Shown piece after piece: positions 25,201 through 39,226 of a stretch of 64,000 bases of DNA. A program made the translations under genes and the position numbers. Each line of letters opens with the position of its first letter. Within the stretch, counting starts at the first letter, position 1. Under the pieces are notes generated by a model. The model was not told the origin of the DNA. It was given only the letters and a program-made list of their open reading frames with translations, and did not search any database. Location of the stretch: assembly GCA_951406725.2 (NCBI GenBank), contig OX597818.1, forward strand, positions 62,682,001 to 62,746,000. Direction: 5' to 3'. Origin of the DNA: Octopus vulgaris. Taxonomy: Eukaryota.

Positions 25201-25547
25201 TCTCCGTTTATTTTTCGTTCTTTTTTCGGACACATTCGCTACTTTCTTCCAAAGAATCTAATGCTCTTAGCTGAGTTTTTCCTTGGGGCTGGCCAGATTG
25301 GAAAAATCTCGAAATTGCAAAGATAATCTGGAACTCGACTGACAAAAGAAATCTCCGAATGACCCGTCCTTGTTTTCTTCGTATCGTTTGTGTGGATGTT
25401 TTGTTGTCCCCCTTTTTTTTATCACCTAACCCTCTGGATGTTTTACCTTCTTGTCCCATTTTGTATTTCATATATATATATATCAAGAGAGAGATATAAA
25501 AACGTGAAAAGTGGACCGACCGAAAAATTCATAAAGTAATTCAGACC

Positions 25548-25604
25548 GTTCTAGACTGATCAATTTCTGGATTAGTTTAATAATTCTTCCTTCCTCAGTA
25601 GAAC
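25548..25604 (-). ncRNA. Type I hammerhead ribozyme, near-intact
   Basis: GUUCUA-CUGAGGA-AGGA...UCCA-GAAA-UUGAUCA-GUC/UAGAAC: perfect 6-bp stem I, near-palindromic stem III, GUC site; A-A mismatch at the base of stem II. Confidence 0.7.
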
Positions 25605-26043
25605 ATACCGGACAAAATAAATGAAGTCATTTATACCTACCCACAGAAAGGCACACGCAAAATGCGAGTACATACAAATATTCACAAATATGTATGCATC
25701 GAATTTTCATAGTATATGCTTGTATCATTCTATGATTTCACTTAGTATAGCGATGTTGCTAAGCAGTCACTGTTACTCAATACATCTATGTTTAAATTCA
25801 AGAGTAAGGTGGATACAGAGCTTAATATCAGTTAATGTTTGTGAGGAGAACAGGAATTACGTACTTACTTTCATTAGCTTACAGTTGTTTCTGCTGATTG
25901 AAACTGTTCATTCAGAGCTGAGTGTTTATGCAACATCCTATAGCTTCCAATGTTTAATTTCCTGTCATTCATTACTGAAATTTTTTTCGCCCACTATCTC
26001 TTTCTCTCTCGCTACACACAAACACACACACACGTACGCACAA

Positions 26044-26074
<31 letters not shown>

Positions 26075-26420
26075 ATTAATGAGAGTTATGAAGATGAAAG
26101 ACACGAGAATCTTTGTCGATCGCTACAACCGTTTCGACCGGTCTAGTATCGATCCTTGTTGTTCAGTATACCGCACGAGAGGGATTGATGCAGTGATCAG
26201 TATAGATTTTCCTATCTTCCATCGAACACTAAGCCAGGGAAGTGAGCTAACCAGGTGCATACCACACGCGATTTATTGACTACTAACTATATATATTTAG
26301 ATATTGATGTGGATATAATAAAGTGGTCCGAGCTTCGATCGTATTTTGTGGCAGATAGACAAGAGTTATCTGCCCTTAAGTCTGCCAAGTGCTTCACAAA
26401 TTAAATTTGGTATATTAAAT

Positions 26421-26650
26421 ATTTCTTTATTACGCACAAGGAGCTAAACACAGAGGGAACTAACAAGGACCGACAAACGGATTAAGTCGATTACATCGAC
26501 CCCAGTGCGTAACTGGTACTTAATTTATCGACCCCGAAAGGATGAAAGGCAAAGTCGACCTCGGCGAAATTTGAACACGGAACGTAACGACAGATGAAAT
26601 ACGGCTACGCATTTCGCCCGGCGCGCTAACGTTTCTGCCAGCTCACCGCC
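26421..26650 (-). mobile_element. SINE family A monomer with 14-bp TSD and templated 5' filler
   Basis: tttggtatattaaa at 26406-26419 and 26685-26698; extra 34 bp at 26651-26684. Confidence 0.9.
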
Positions 26651-27657
26651 CGGGTATGTGCGTCGATCTTGCTGTGTATATAATTTTGGTATATTAAAGA
26701 TGTACAGAAGTCACAGGGATGTACATCCCGCCAAAACATTCACCCCACACACTCACACACACGCCTATACAAACACAATGACACAGATACTCACAGAAAG
26801 ATCGACGCATATACCCGGGCGCTCTATCATCAACATGTTACGTCGTTCCTTGAAATGTTTTATCTCATCTCCATATACATGTCAGTACTGATCCGGAGCA
26901 TGTGAATTAGACATAGAATACAAATTGCAATGCTTAGAACGTTTTAAGCAAGCTTTTCATCCAGAATTCTAGTGATAAATGAAAATGTTGATTGTAGGAA
27001 AGATTAAACTTAACAGATAACTCCTTAGAATACAGGTGCAGACATATGGAAGCACATCGGATTTGAAAGCTATTAAGTTATTTATGTGCGGTTCACTTCC
27101 TGTTCTGAATAACTCTCTATCTCTCTCTGTCTCTCTCTCTCGCTTTGCACGCACACACAATCACACTAACATACACACACACACACACAGTCGCGCACAC
27201 AAATATCTCATCCATCATTGCAAGTGAAAGAACGTTTTTGCTTCACTCCCTAGCTCGAATGATACAGAAATGTGTTATTTATTTTATTTTATGTATAATT
27301 AAACACAGATTTATCTTGCTGTGTATATAAATTTACAACTTGAAACATAACTGCAGTGAATTAGCACTCAAGATAAGTGGTTCTCTGTCAAATCCCTGTC
27401 TGTCTATCTCTTTAGTTTCTGTCTCTCTGTCTGTCTGTCTCTCTACCTCTCTCTCTCTTCTCAGTCTCTGCATATCTGTCTCATGTAGAATCCCCATAAA
27501 TGTATTTATTTATCAGAATTAAACAAAAATGTAGACAAAAGCATTTGTTTATTTATACCTGATAGGCACCACACCTTCTCAAATAAACCCTTACGGTCTT
27601 TATTTCAGATTGGGAGAGAAGTTATTGCTCAATAACTCTGCGACTAAACAAAGTCTT

Positions 27658-27698
<41 letters not shown>

Positions 27699-27784
27699 GA
27701 TCTCTCCACGTTTACTCTTAAGGAATACCATTGTATCTGATACTCGTTGAGTTGGAAATGTTTAGAATCATGTTGTCAATCTTA

Positions 27785-27912
27785 ACGTTCACTTCGGTCA
27801 ACTTTGACTTTCATCCTTTCGGAGTCGATTAAATTAATACCAGTTAAGCACTGGGGTCGATGTAATCGGCTTGATCCCTCCATAGAATTTCTTGGCCTTG
27901 TGTTAACATATG
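27785..27912 (+). mobile_element. Partial family A (tail2); another diverged copy at about 28218-28405
   Basis: Core motif and tail2. Confidence 0.75.
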
Positions 27913-27931
27913 AAGCTAATTTTATGTAAGT

Positions 27932-28201
27932 GGAGGCGCATGGCTTAGTGGTTAGGGTGTCAGCATCATGATCGTAAGATTGTGGTTTCGATTCCTGGAC
28001 CGGGCGACGCGTTGTGTTCTTGAGCAAAACACTTCATTTCACGTTGCTCCAGTCAACTCAGCTGGCAAAAATGAATAACGCTGCGATGGACTGGCGTCCC
28101 GTCCAGCTGGGGAACACATACGCCATAGAAACCGGGAAACCGGGGCCATGAGCCTGGTTAGGCTTTAAAAGGGCGCATTTATTTTTTTGTTTTTTAATAT
28201 T
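27932..28201 (+). mobile_element. tRNA-derived SINE with a V-domain-like 3' module, 14-bp TSD
   Basis: A-box tggcttagtgg, B-box ggtttcgattcc, motif ctgcgatggactggcgtcccgtccag (recalled V-SINE domain); taatttta(t/a)gtaag at 27917-27930 and 28202-28215. Confidence 0.82.
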
Positions 28202-30387
28202 TAATTTTAAGTAAGAATGAGGCGGTGAGTTGACGGAATCGTTGGCATGCTAGGCAAAATGTTTGGAGGCAATTCTTCGTTCCGAGTGAAAATTTCGCTG
28301 AGCAAAACTTTACCCTTCATCCTTTCGACGAACGAAAAATAAGTACCAGATGAGCGCTGGGGTTGATGCACCCGGTTTTTCCGCTCCTCCAATTTTCTGG
28401 CCTTGTGCAAAAATTTGAAATCAATATTAAGTAACAAAGAATATTTGCAGAAGAAAACTATCACGTGTCTGTGTGAGATGCAGAAGTAACATCGACATGC
28501 AGAATGTTAATATTGGTTTCATTTTATTCAAGCGAGAAAGATGAATGACAGAGTATAACCTGTAGATAATTGACGTGTGGGATTAGATGTACAGGTGAAG
28601 GTGTGCATATTCCATATGCGTAAATATTGTGTTAATAGGCTCAATTAAGAAATCTCAAATGGAGAATACCTGGATTGTTCTCCAAATGTGCTTGGTACTA
28701 TGAATCAGCTGTATTTGGAGAATACGAACAAGTTTCCTAGAAATAACACTAGTATTACTAAGCTCTTATGCAGATCACTTGTTACATATTACGGTGCACC
28801 CATAAGGAATGCAAGGGTATACCTATGTCTTACATAAAGGCTATCTATATTTCACATTATTTCTTTTAGAAATGTGTTCATCTTAATCTGCTCCATTTTT
28901 TGTAAGAAATCTAGTTCTTATTTATAATTATGGTTATTAATAATACAAATGATAATACAAATAAAGTGCAATTATCGTATGCTCGCTTCAAAATTGATAT
29001 TTATATATAAGAGTCAATTCAGCCTAAAATCTGGATTCACAAAAAACGTGGTTGTAAGCTGCCCGAGAAAGGATGCGCAGATATAGAGCACGGATCAGAG
29101 AGGAACATCGAGAAGATATAATGAAAAAGGAAAAAAGCAACACAGACGGAGACGTGAGGAAACGAATGTAGACAGCGAGAATATTTAAAGAAAGCTAAAC
29201 TATGAATGCAAGCCAGGCTTTCTTTCTTAAACAGGTCCTCTTAATTTTTCCATTCTATGGAATTTACACGATTCCTACAGGTATTCTTTAAATTGCAGAA
29301 TATAACATATACCGCAGTTACACCTTTATAAATCTTACCTGTATATAAATTGTAGCCTTAATTTAGTGTTAATTCTTTGTATAATTTTTCTCTCAAGTGT
29401 TTAATCTTTATCCTGCGCTTCAGTTTTTTTTCTGTTAAAATGAAATATAAAATACTGCGATTTATACAAAAGCAAATACAACATATTTTTTTTAATCTTC
29501 AGGCGAAATTCAAGTAAATAACAGACTCGGTTTGTCACGTCAGTCATGGATCTAAATATAATTTAGTCTTTAGAACACTTTAATTTACAAGAAGTATTAC
29601 TCTAATTAATTTTTGAAGTAAAATATCTTTCAAATTTACTGAAACTTCAAAACTTGTCTTTCCTCAGCAAATGTACATTGGTAGACGAAAGTTAGGACAT
29701 AAGAACTTCAACAGGAAATTGTGATTTCGAAGCCAGACACACCAGTCTTGATATATCGGCCAATGTCCAAAATAATTTATTATTTTTCGAAACTATAAAT
29801 GGAAAATTTCTTTCATGAAAGGAAATGATGAAGAAAGAAAAAACAAAGTGCGTCGATTATAATTTAGCCGAGCAGGTAATTTCCTAAAGAGAACAACACG
29901 TATTTAATGGCTGACATAGATCGATTTGTTGCGAATTAGTTTTCAGTAAATCAGTCTAAGACAAACCAACTAAGCTGCAACTTATTCGAACACTCAGACA
30001 ACGTTTGGTGGGGGTGGGGGGTATGAAATATCTACGCACGCATGTATCTGTAAAAATAGATGGAGATACACTTATCACGAGTGGTAAAATATTGCACATA
30101 CACACACACGCACACGCACTCGTAGAAATACAGGCACTAGTTGACTTCCAAACCAGATGGGTCAGGGTTTTTTTTTGCATGGCACATTCAGCAGGTCTTT
30201 TCTACTATACACATGTATGTATGTCATTCAGTTTATTTCAAGATTTCTTGTCAATAGAGAAAGAACCGGTTTCTAACCTAGATCCAAGGCACATTCATTG
30301 GAATTTCAACATCAACAACAAGGTATTTTTGTTTGTATGTCATTAGTCAGTTTATTCCAAGATTTCTTGCCAATATAGAAAGATCCG

Positions 30388-30915
30388 TATGTATGTATTT
30401 ATGTGCGTAAATATGAATGTATGTATGTATGTATGTATGTATGTATGTATGTATGTATGTATGTATGTATGTATGTTTGTATGTATGTATGTATGTATGT
30501 ATGTATGTAGGAATGTATGTGATATGTTCTGCATTATAACGACCTATTCCGTCGTCTCTGTGGGACTGGTCCGAACGGCCTACCTTCACCGATCGACTGT
30601 ACAGACTGAGTCAGTCCGCTATTTATTAGTAGTGGACCAGCCCATTTCTTGCCTGGGGGAGTCCGCCACAACAGTATGCATGAATCTATGTATGTATGTA
30701 TGTATGTATGTATGTATGTATGTATGTATGTATGTATGTATGTATGTATGTATGTATGTGGGTATGAATGTATGCATGAATGTAAATATGAACGTATGTA
30801 TGAATGCATATGTGTACGCATGTATGTATGTTCATGTATGCATGTATGCATGTGTATATGTATGTATGTATGTATGTTTGTATTATGAATGCATGTATGA
30901 ATGTATGTATGAATG
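30388..30915. repeat. (TATG)n array interrupted by a 140-bp GC-richer insert (about 30535-30675)
   Basis: Directly visible. Confidence 0.9.
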
Positions 30916-31024
30916 TATAATTGTATGGGGAGAATTCACAAAAGAAATAAAAGAACAAAACACGAAGACAGGTGGTGTAAACAACACACCTATGTATTAG
31001 TTTAACGCTTGGCAAGTGAAAAGT

Positions 31025-31061
31025 CTTTAACGTTTCGAGCCTACGCTCTTCCGCAAAAAAG
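31025..31061 (-). ncRNA. Degenerate hammerhead motif within a Penelope-type terminal repeat (about 30920-31125)
   Basis: ...uugcgga-A-GAGC[GUAG]GCUC-GAAA-CGUU/AAAG; CUGANGA box mutated; same stem II as the motif at 36584. Confidence 0.5.
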
Positions 31062-31430
31062 GAACACAGAAACAAACAAGGAGAGAAAATAAAGAATGAG
31101 TAGTGGTTAGTGATCTATCATGGCGAGCATGTATAAAATATATGTAACGAAGAATGTATGCATGTATGAATATATATATATGTATATATAATGCATGTAT
31201 GAATAAGCGTGATAAAACAAAGTAATACAAATGGGAGAAATAGATTTCAGTACAGAAACCGGAATATTATATGTGTGGGCGTTAGCACACTGCACAAAAT
31301 GCTTAGCGGCATTTCGTCCGTCTGTGTTCTGAGTTCAAATAGAGTTCAACTACCGCCGAGTAGTGCGACCTTGCATTTCATCCTTTCGGGATCGATAAAC
31401 TTTGAGTCAATTATGTAGCTTAATTGTAGT

Positions 31431-31667
31431 GGAGGCGCGTGGCCTAATGATTACGACATTCGGTTCACGATCGTAAAGTCGTGAGTTCAATTCCCGGCGA
31501 CGCGTTATGTACTTGAGCAAGACACCTTATTTCCCGTTGCTCCAGTCCACTCAGCAGGCAAAAATAAGTAGCACCTGTATTTCGAAAGGCCCAGCCTTGT
31601 CACACTGAGTATCACGATGAATCTCCCCGAGGACCATGTTAAGGGTACACGTGACTGTGTAATGCTC
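31431..31667 (+). mobile_element. tRNA-derived SINE sharing head and middle with 27932 but with a different 3' module
   Basis: ggaggcgcgtggcctaatg...ggcgacgcgttatgtacttgagcaagacac...gttgctccagtccactcagc, then aaggcccagccttgtcacac. Confidence 0.8.
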
Positions 31668-31699
31668 TTTTTGCTCCTGTGGCAAATACAACTGCTTAA

Positions 31700-31825
31700 T
31701 TGACTTCAATCCTTTCATCCTTTCGGGGTCTATAAATTAAGTACCAGTTGACGATTGGATTCGATGTAATCAACTTAAACCTCTCTCCCCAAATTTCAGG
31801 CCTTGTGCATATAGTAGAGAGGTTG
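31700..31825 (+). mobile_element. Family A 3' half (tail2) running into the (ATT)n array; another partial copy at about 31278-31400
   Basis: Core and cccaaatttcaggccttgtgcatatagtaga. Confidence 0.8.
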
Positions 31826-32093
<268 letters not shown>

Positions 32094-32095
32094 TT

Positions 32096-33143
32096 CCGTT
32101 GTTTTACTTTTATAGCGTGCTTTCACTTCACTACCGAGCGCAGGTCTGTGTGCCTTAGGTATGTGCTGTGATTTGTTGTGATGCTCTGATGGTTATTTTA
32201 TGGAGAGTTTTCTGCGTAGGATGTGTGTAGTGCCTAGTAGTGCAATTTTCTGTATGTTATATGTGTTTGTAAGTCCTGGTGTTTTTGTTATGTATTTGTC
32301 TGAATATTTTTTTATCATGCCTAATGCACCTACTATGATAGGAATTGTTTCTGTTTTTAGATTTCACATTCTGGTTACCTCTATTTCCAGGTCTTTCTAT
32401 TTTGAAAGCTTCTCCATTTCTTTTAGAGACATGTTGTCATCTGCCGGTATTGATACATCAATTAGAAAGCATTTTTTTTCTTCATGATCTCTGACAACTA
32501 TATCTGGTCTGTTGGCCTTAATTTCTCTGTCTGTGTGTATCGGCATATCCCAGAGTATGGTTGCTTTCTCGTTTTCTGTGACCTTTTCTGGTGTGTGCCT
32601 ATACCATCTTTTTTCTGTTGTTATTCCATAATGTTGGCATATCTTCCAATGTATGTAGGTTCCAACTCTGTCATGTCTGTGAATATATTCCTTCTTAGCC
32701 AGGACTGGGCAGCCAAAGATAATATGATTTATTGTTTCTTGTCTATCTCCACATATTCTGCAGTTACTTGTTATATTTCTTTTCATTACATGTATTTGGT
32801 AATTTCTGGTGGGGAGGCCTTGGTCTTGTGCTGCAATTAAAAATCCCTCTGTCTCTGCTTTGAGTCCTGAGCTTTTCGACCATTGCTGGGATTTTTCTTT
32901 GTCTATTACTTTTGCGTTTAGTTTAGTCCAGTATTTACCATGAAGGGGCTTTTCTTGCCATCGTTTTATCATGGTTCGTTGCTGTTCTATTTTTAGTTTG
33001 GATTTCATTTGTTTTATAGCTTTTGTTGTTTCTTCATCTTCTTCTTTTTGTTCTTCATATTTATTATGTGGTATGATTTCTTGTTTGTATTTGTCAGCTT
33101 CCTTAAATACTGAGAACAATTTTTTGTTTTGCTCGTGTTTTAT
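32096..33143 (-). mobile_element. 5'-truncated R4/Dong-clade non-LTR retrotransposon (CCHC zinc knuckle + restriction-like endonuclease)
   Basis: WQEKPLHGKY...ETEGFLIAAQDQ...CRICGDRQETINHIIFGC...RHDRV...WDMPIHTD...NRPDIVV...LIDVSIP..EKLSK; continues past stops to IVGALG...ILRRKL; flanked on both sides by (TAA)n. Confidence 0.9.
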
Positions 33144-33144
33144 A

Positions 33145-33198
<54 letters not shown>

Positions 33199-33200
<2 letters not shown>

Positions 33201-33400
33201 GGCGAATGAGTTCGCTGAATCGTTAGCACACACCACAAAATGCTTACCGACATTTCAAATACCGCCGTGGTGCTCGAGCTTGAATTTCATCCTTTCGGGC
33301 TCGATAAATTAAGTACCAGTGAAAAACTGGTGTCGATAAAATCGACTGTCCCCTTCCTCCATATTTCAGTCCTTATGTCTTCAGTAGAAAGGATTATTAT
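33199..33400 (+). mobile_element. Diverged family A (tail2)
   Basis: Head gctgaatcgttagcac, core tttcatcctttcgggctcgataaattaagtaccag, tail agtagaaaggattatt. Confidence 0.75.
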
Positions 33401-33402
33401 CA

Positions 33403-34420
<1,018 letters not shown>

Positions 34421-35545
34421 CATATTTACAATTGTTTGAAAGTGTTTCCAATGTTTGCACACAGACCACGTTTGCGAATAAAGAACAATAAAAATCAATA
34501 CGTCTAGCTTTCCTATTTAGCCCCAAACTGTGAAATTAAACGTATAAGCGCACTAATGCAGTTTACCAATGCTATAAGCTACTACATAGAGAAATCATAC
34601 AACGTTGCAATAGTCATTATTGGTAGTTGTTTGTCTAAAGGGAATACATGCTGTTTATTCTAAATACTTTTATTTTGTGTGTGTCTTTCACAAGCTACAA
34701 TTTATGTATATCTTGTTATCTTGTTACAGTAAATATCTCGAACGGAGAAATTTGTATATTTTACTTTAAGACAAAATACTTCGTCGATCAATTATGTAAT
34801 GGAGCTGAGTAAATGGGAACATCTGGATAGAAGAATTAATGATTCAGCAATATTTCCTGGAATAATACAAATCCAAAGAAACTGTTTCAAGTTTAGCTAT
34901 TAGCGCTTCTTTCTTTTTAACTTAAAGAATTATACATATACATCTCTTCGGAGAAGTAGGCCATTTCACTACTTCGACATTTTACCGTAATATCTCTTTC
35001 TATTTGAATTACATGCAAATTGCTGGATTTCCTCCCTCGAGTATAGTGTCTGCGTTGGCTGCAGCTGAAAATCATTCTTCATGAAATCCTAATCGATCAT
35101 AATTTTAGCCTTAGGTGAAGTCCATTAGACGATTGCTTACATAAATTTCTCCTGCAGACTTGGTAAAGGATCGTGAATTGGTAGCTTAATTAGAATGTTA
35201 TTTCTTCCGGTTCTATAAATCCTGAGTTCGAACCATTTCAAGGTCCCTTTTCCTTTTGTTCTTTCAGGTCAATAAATAGATATAAATAGCGTTTGGGATT
35301 ATTGGCGGAAATGAAAGATCGAGATGTGATGCAGTCACTGTTCTTTTTGTTTTGCTTTCTGAGTTCAAATGCGACCTTGGCTTCCAAGTTTTAACAATTA
35401 AAGTATGTAATCACGTGGCCTCGAAATCAGGAAAGTTGATGAAAACTACAATCAGTGGTTTACAATGGTGAACATTCCCTACCAATGAAGATAAGAAACT
35501 AGAATCATGTCCCAGTAAACATCTGTCATATCAATGTCTGGCCTA

Positions 35546-35750
35546 AAGCGGTGAGCTGGCAGAATCGTTAGCATACTTAGCGGCAGTTCGACTGGGTTTG
35601 CGCCCTGACTTCAAATTCAACAGGTGTCGACTGTGCTTTTTTATTCTTTCCGGTTCAATGAAATAAAGACCAGTTGAGCACTGGAGTCGATTTATTCAAC
35701 TTTACTCCTTCTCTGAAACTACTGGTTTTGTACCAAAACCTGAAACCAGT
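35546..35750 (+). mobile_element. Old family A-related SINE
   Basis: gcggtgagctggcagaatcgttagca...ccagttgagcactggagtcgat. Confidence 0.7.
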
Positions 35751-35899
35751 TTTGATCGTTATGTCGTGTAACCCTTAGTAAATACTTGTCCTGTTAACCG
35801 ATTTTGAATGATATACTCCCTATTTTCCTGATATATCGTCATCAAAACTATGATATTCGATGCCTATTTTGATATTATATAAGGACATTTTATAGGATT

Positions 35900-36240
35900 T
35901 GAGAATGGTACAGTTGCTATTTCGAAGGAGCTTCAAAATCTATGTGGATGCACCCAAGTTATCATGCTACAAATCATATTGCCTGACATTTTGCTCGTCC
36001 ATAAAACACCCCAGGACACGGATATCAGATATTCCATTTTATCATTATCCAAATTCATTGATGAACTCATCAACAGTTAATCGCTGATCATTGCAATTAC
36101 AACACTCATCATTGGAAAGTTTTTGAAGAGCGAGAGCAATTACCATTTATTGCACATCACTGTATTATGAACCAATTTTCCCAACCTGTAATGATGAACA
36201 TCAAATATTAAAATACATTTAGATTGACATCGTACAGCAT
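35900..36240 (+). pseudogene. Possible decayed LINE APE-endonuclease fragment
   Basis: Frameshifted pieces LSKFIDELI, NYNTHHW (cf. GDFNAHH..W), PT......LD appear in the expected order. Confidence 0.35.
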
Positions 36241-36583
36241 GAAACACAATTACTGACTTTGACATATTGGATATCCAACGGGATAGAGTTTCTTGTGAAT
36301 AATAGTCTCTCAGTAAATGGCATGCTGCTCAATAGAATCCTAATATACATATTACCTTATACTAGGTTACGTATAATTGGATTAATAATTCCAATACAAC
36401 AGAGAATACAATTTCGTCTCTCTCCTCCCTTCCTGATTCCCTCATTTTGCATAGATGTACCCAGACGCACAAACAAATGTAGACGTGTATGCAGGCATAT
36501 ATCTGTGTATATGTGGGACCTCGTGTGTACCGTTGGCTATTTTTTTCCTCCGTCTTCCCTTCTTTGGATCTTTCATTTCCTAT

Positions 36584-36618
36584 GTTTCTGACGAAGAGCT
36601 CCGCTCGGAACGTAAAAC
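36584..36618 (+). ncRNA. Minimal hammerhead motif (one core mutation) in a Penelope-type terminal repeat (about 36400-36720)
   Basis: GUUU-CUGACGA-A-GAGC[UCC]GCUC-GGAA(for GAAA)-C-GUA/AAAC. Confidence 0.65.
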
Positions 36619-36715
36619 CCTCCTTCTTTCATTCTTTCCTGAGCGTCCAATAACACTATACTTGTTCCACGTCCTCGCGTTGTTGTGTTTTCTCTTTGTG
36701 TTTTCATGTTTGGAT

Positions 36716-36792
<77 letters not shown>

Positions 36793-36795
<3 letters not shown>

Positions 36796-37020
36796 CGAGC
36801 AGGAAGAAACGTTAGCACGCCGGGCAAATGCGTTGCCGTATTTCGTCTGTCGTTACGTTCCGAGTTCAAATTCCGCCGAGGGCGACTTTGCCTTTCATCC
36901 TTCCGGGGTCGATAAATTAAGTACCAGTTACGCACTGGGGTCGATGTAATCGACTTAATCCCTTTGTCTTACCTTCCTTGTCTCTTCTGTGTTTAGCCCC
37001 TTGTGGGTAGTAAAGAAATA
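36793..37020 (+). mobile_element. SINE family A (tail1) inside a (TA)n array
   Basis: Full core and tail; (TA)n on both sides. Confidence 0.9.
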
Positions 37021-37026
37021 TATATG

Positions 37027-37099
<73 letters not shown>

Positions 37100-37489
37100 T
37101 GTGTGTGTGTGTGTGTGTGTATGCATGTATATATGTATGTATGTACATAGGTATGTAGTAACAAAACATGAACTCCCATCGGAATCTAAATCACATGGAC
37201 AAGGACCATTTCTACCCATTCTACAACACATTTTCCTTGGATAATGGAATTGCTACTGTAACATCCAATGTATATTTTAAACTTAATTTTATATTCTCTT
37301 TTTTCTATTTATACTTCCTATATCCACTCCTTAAATTGAACGCTACTATTTCCTTCTACTTAACTCTCTCATATCGTCGCAGATGAAGGGATATCCCAGA
37401 AATATCCCAGAAATACCAGTAAAACTTTCTTTCTCTTTACAAAAGTCCGATAAATTCCACGCAGCCTTGGTTTTGTTACGTCGTTTTAT

Positions 37490-37509
37490 TAAACACACAC
37501 ACACATATC

Positions 37510-37540
<31 letters not shown>

Positions 37541-37569
37541 GTATATGTATGCATATAAACATATACATG

Positions 37570-37629
<60 letters not shown>

Positions 37630-37766
37630 TAGATAGATAGATAGATAGACACAAGTATATTTATGTGCATGCATATAGATGCATACATACATATACATAT
37701 AATATATAGGTAGATATAAATACATATACATGTATATATGTGCATACATGTACATAAATAAATATA

Positions 37767-37812
<46 letters not shown>

Positions 37813-38181
37813 TAGATATGTAAGTAATTTACAGTTAAATAGTTATCATTATTAATAATAATGATGATAATGATAAAGTGGCTAGTAAGTTTACACCTTT
37901 ATATGTGAAATATATACATAATTGAATAGAGTATTAAAGTACCACTTGGTATAAATGGAGCCAACGTTCTAAAGCCACAAATCATTCCCTGTTAAAATAC
38001 AGACGGTGAAAGCAACGAATATAACAGATATAAGTTTACCTTGTATGAACTACAGAAGTAAGGTACAGTGTATAATTTGTGGTTTTAGAGCGTTGGGTTT
38101 GTTTATAGCAAGTGGTATTTTAATAACTTATTCAATTTTGCTTATGCACATATATATGCATCTATCTATCTATCTATTTAA

Positions 38182-38245
<64 letters not shown>

Positions 38246-39071
38246 GTATGTATGTATGTATCTATCTATCTATCTATCTATCTATTTATGTATGTATGTA
38301 TGTATGTATGTATCTATCTATCTATCTATATATCTATCTATCAATTTATCTATGTATGTATGTATCTATCTATCTATTTATCTATGTATGTATATATATA
38401 TGTATGTATCTATCTATCTATCTATTTATCTATGCATCTATCTATCTATCTATTTATCTATGTATGTATGTATCTATCTATATATCTATTTATCTATGTA
38501 TGTATGTATATATGTATGTATGTATCTATCTATCTATCTATTTATCTATGTATGTATGTATGTATGTATGTATGTATGTATGTATGTATCTATCTATCTA
38601 TCTATCTAATGTATATTTAAACACAGGAGAAACTGACTTGAACAAGCAGTTTTACACGCTAGAAGAAGTAGTCAAAACGACCAAAGCCACATTTAAGAAC
38701 AATCATCAAAAGGAATGAAAAATAAAATCTTTTACCTTGTTATATGGTTTTGGTCGTTTTTTTTGCTCCCAGTAGAGGGTAAGCTGTGTTCTTTAGAGCA
38801 CAAGAGCTTATTCCAGTATTCCAAAACATATGTAAATTTAATATTCGTTTAAATTAAAAATAAGAGTTAAAATTACTGGAAAATGTTTTCTGCAAAGTAA
38901 TTCAATATGAATGGAAGAAAGTGAAATATAATTTGGAATTATTTATTCAGTGTTACGCGTGTTTGATTTGCTAATAGGAAATAACAAACTTCATCTGTAG
39001 TTGAATAAACGTAAGATATCTCCTATTAGAAATGCGTCAGACACAGAATCAAATAATATATGTATATATAA

Positions 39072-39141
<70 letters not shown>

Positions 39142-39170
39142 ATGTGTGTGTGTGTGTATGTATATGTATT

Positions 39171-39226
<56 letters not shown>

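Noticed and set aside
26110-26160. Hammerhead-like stems on minus (gatcg...gaccggtc-gaaac-ggtt-gta-gcgatc)
   Set aside because: CUGANGA box absent
27932-28005. Functional tRNA genes at SINE heads (also 13847, 55223)
   Set aside because: No complete cloverleaf or acceptor stem; they continue into SINE bodies, with TSDs at 27932 and 55223
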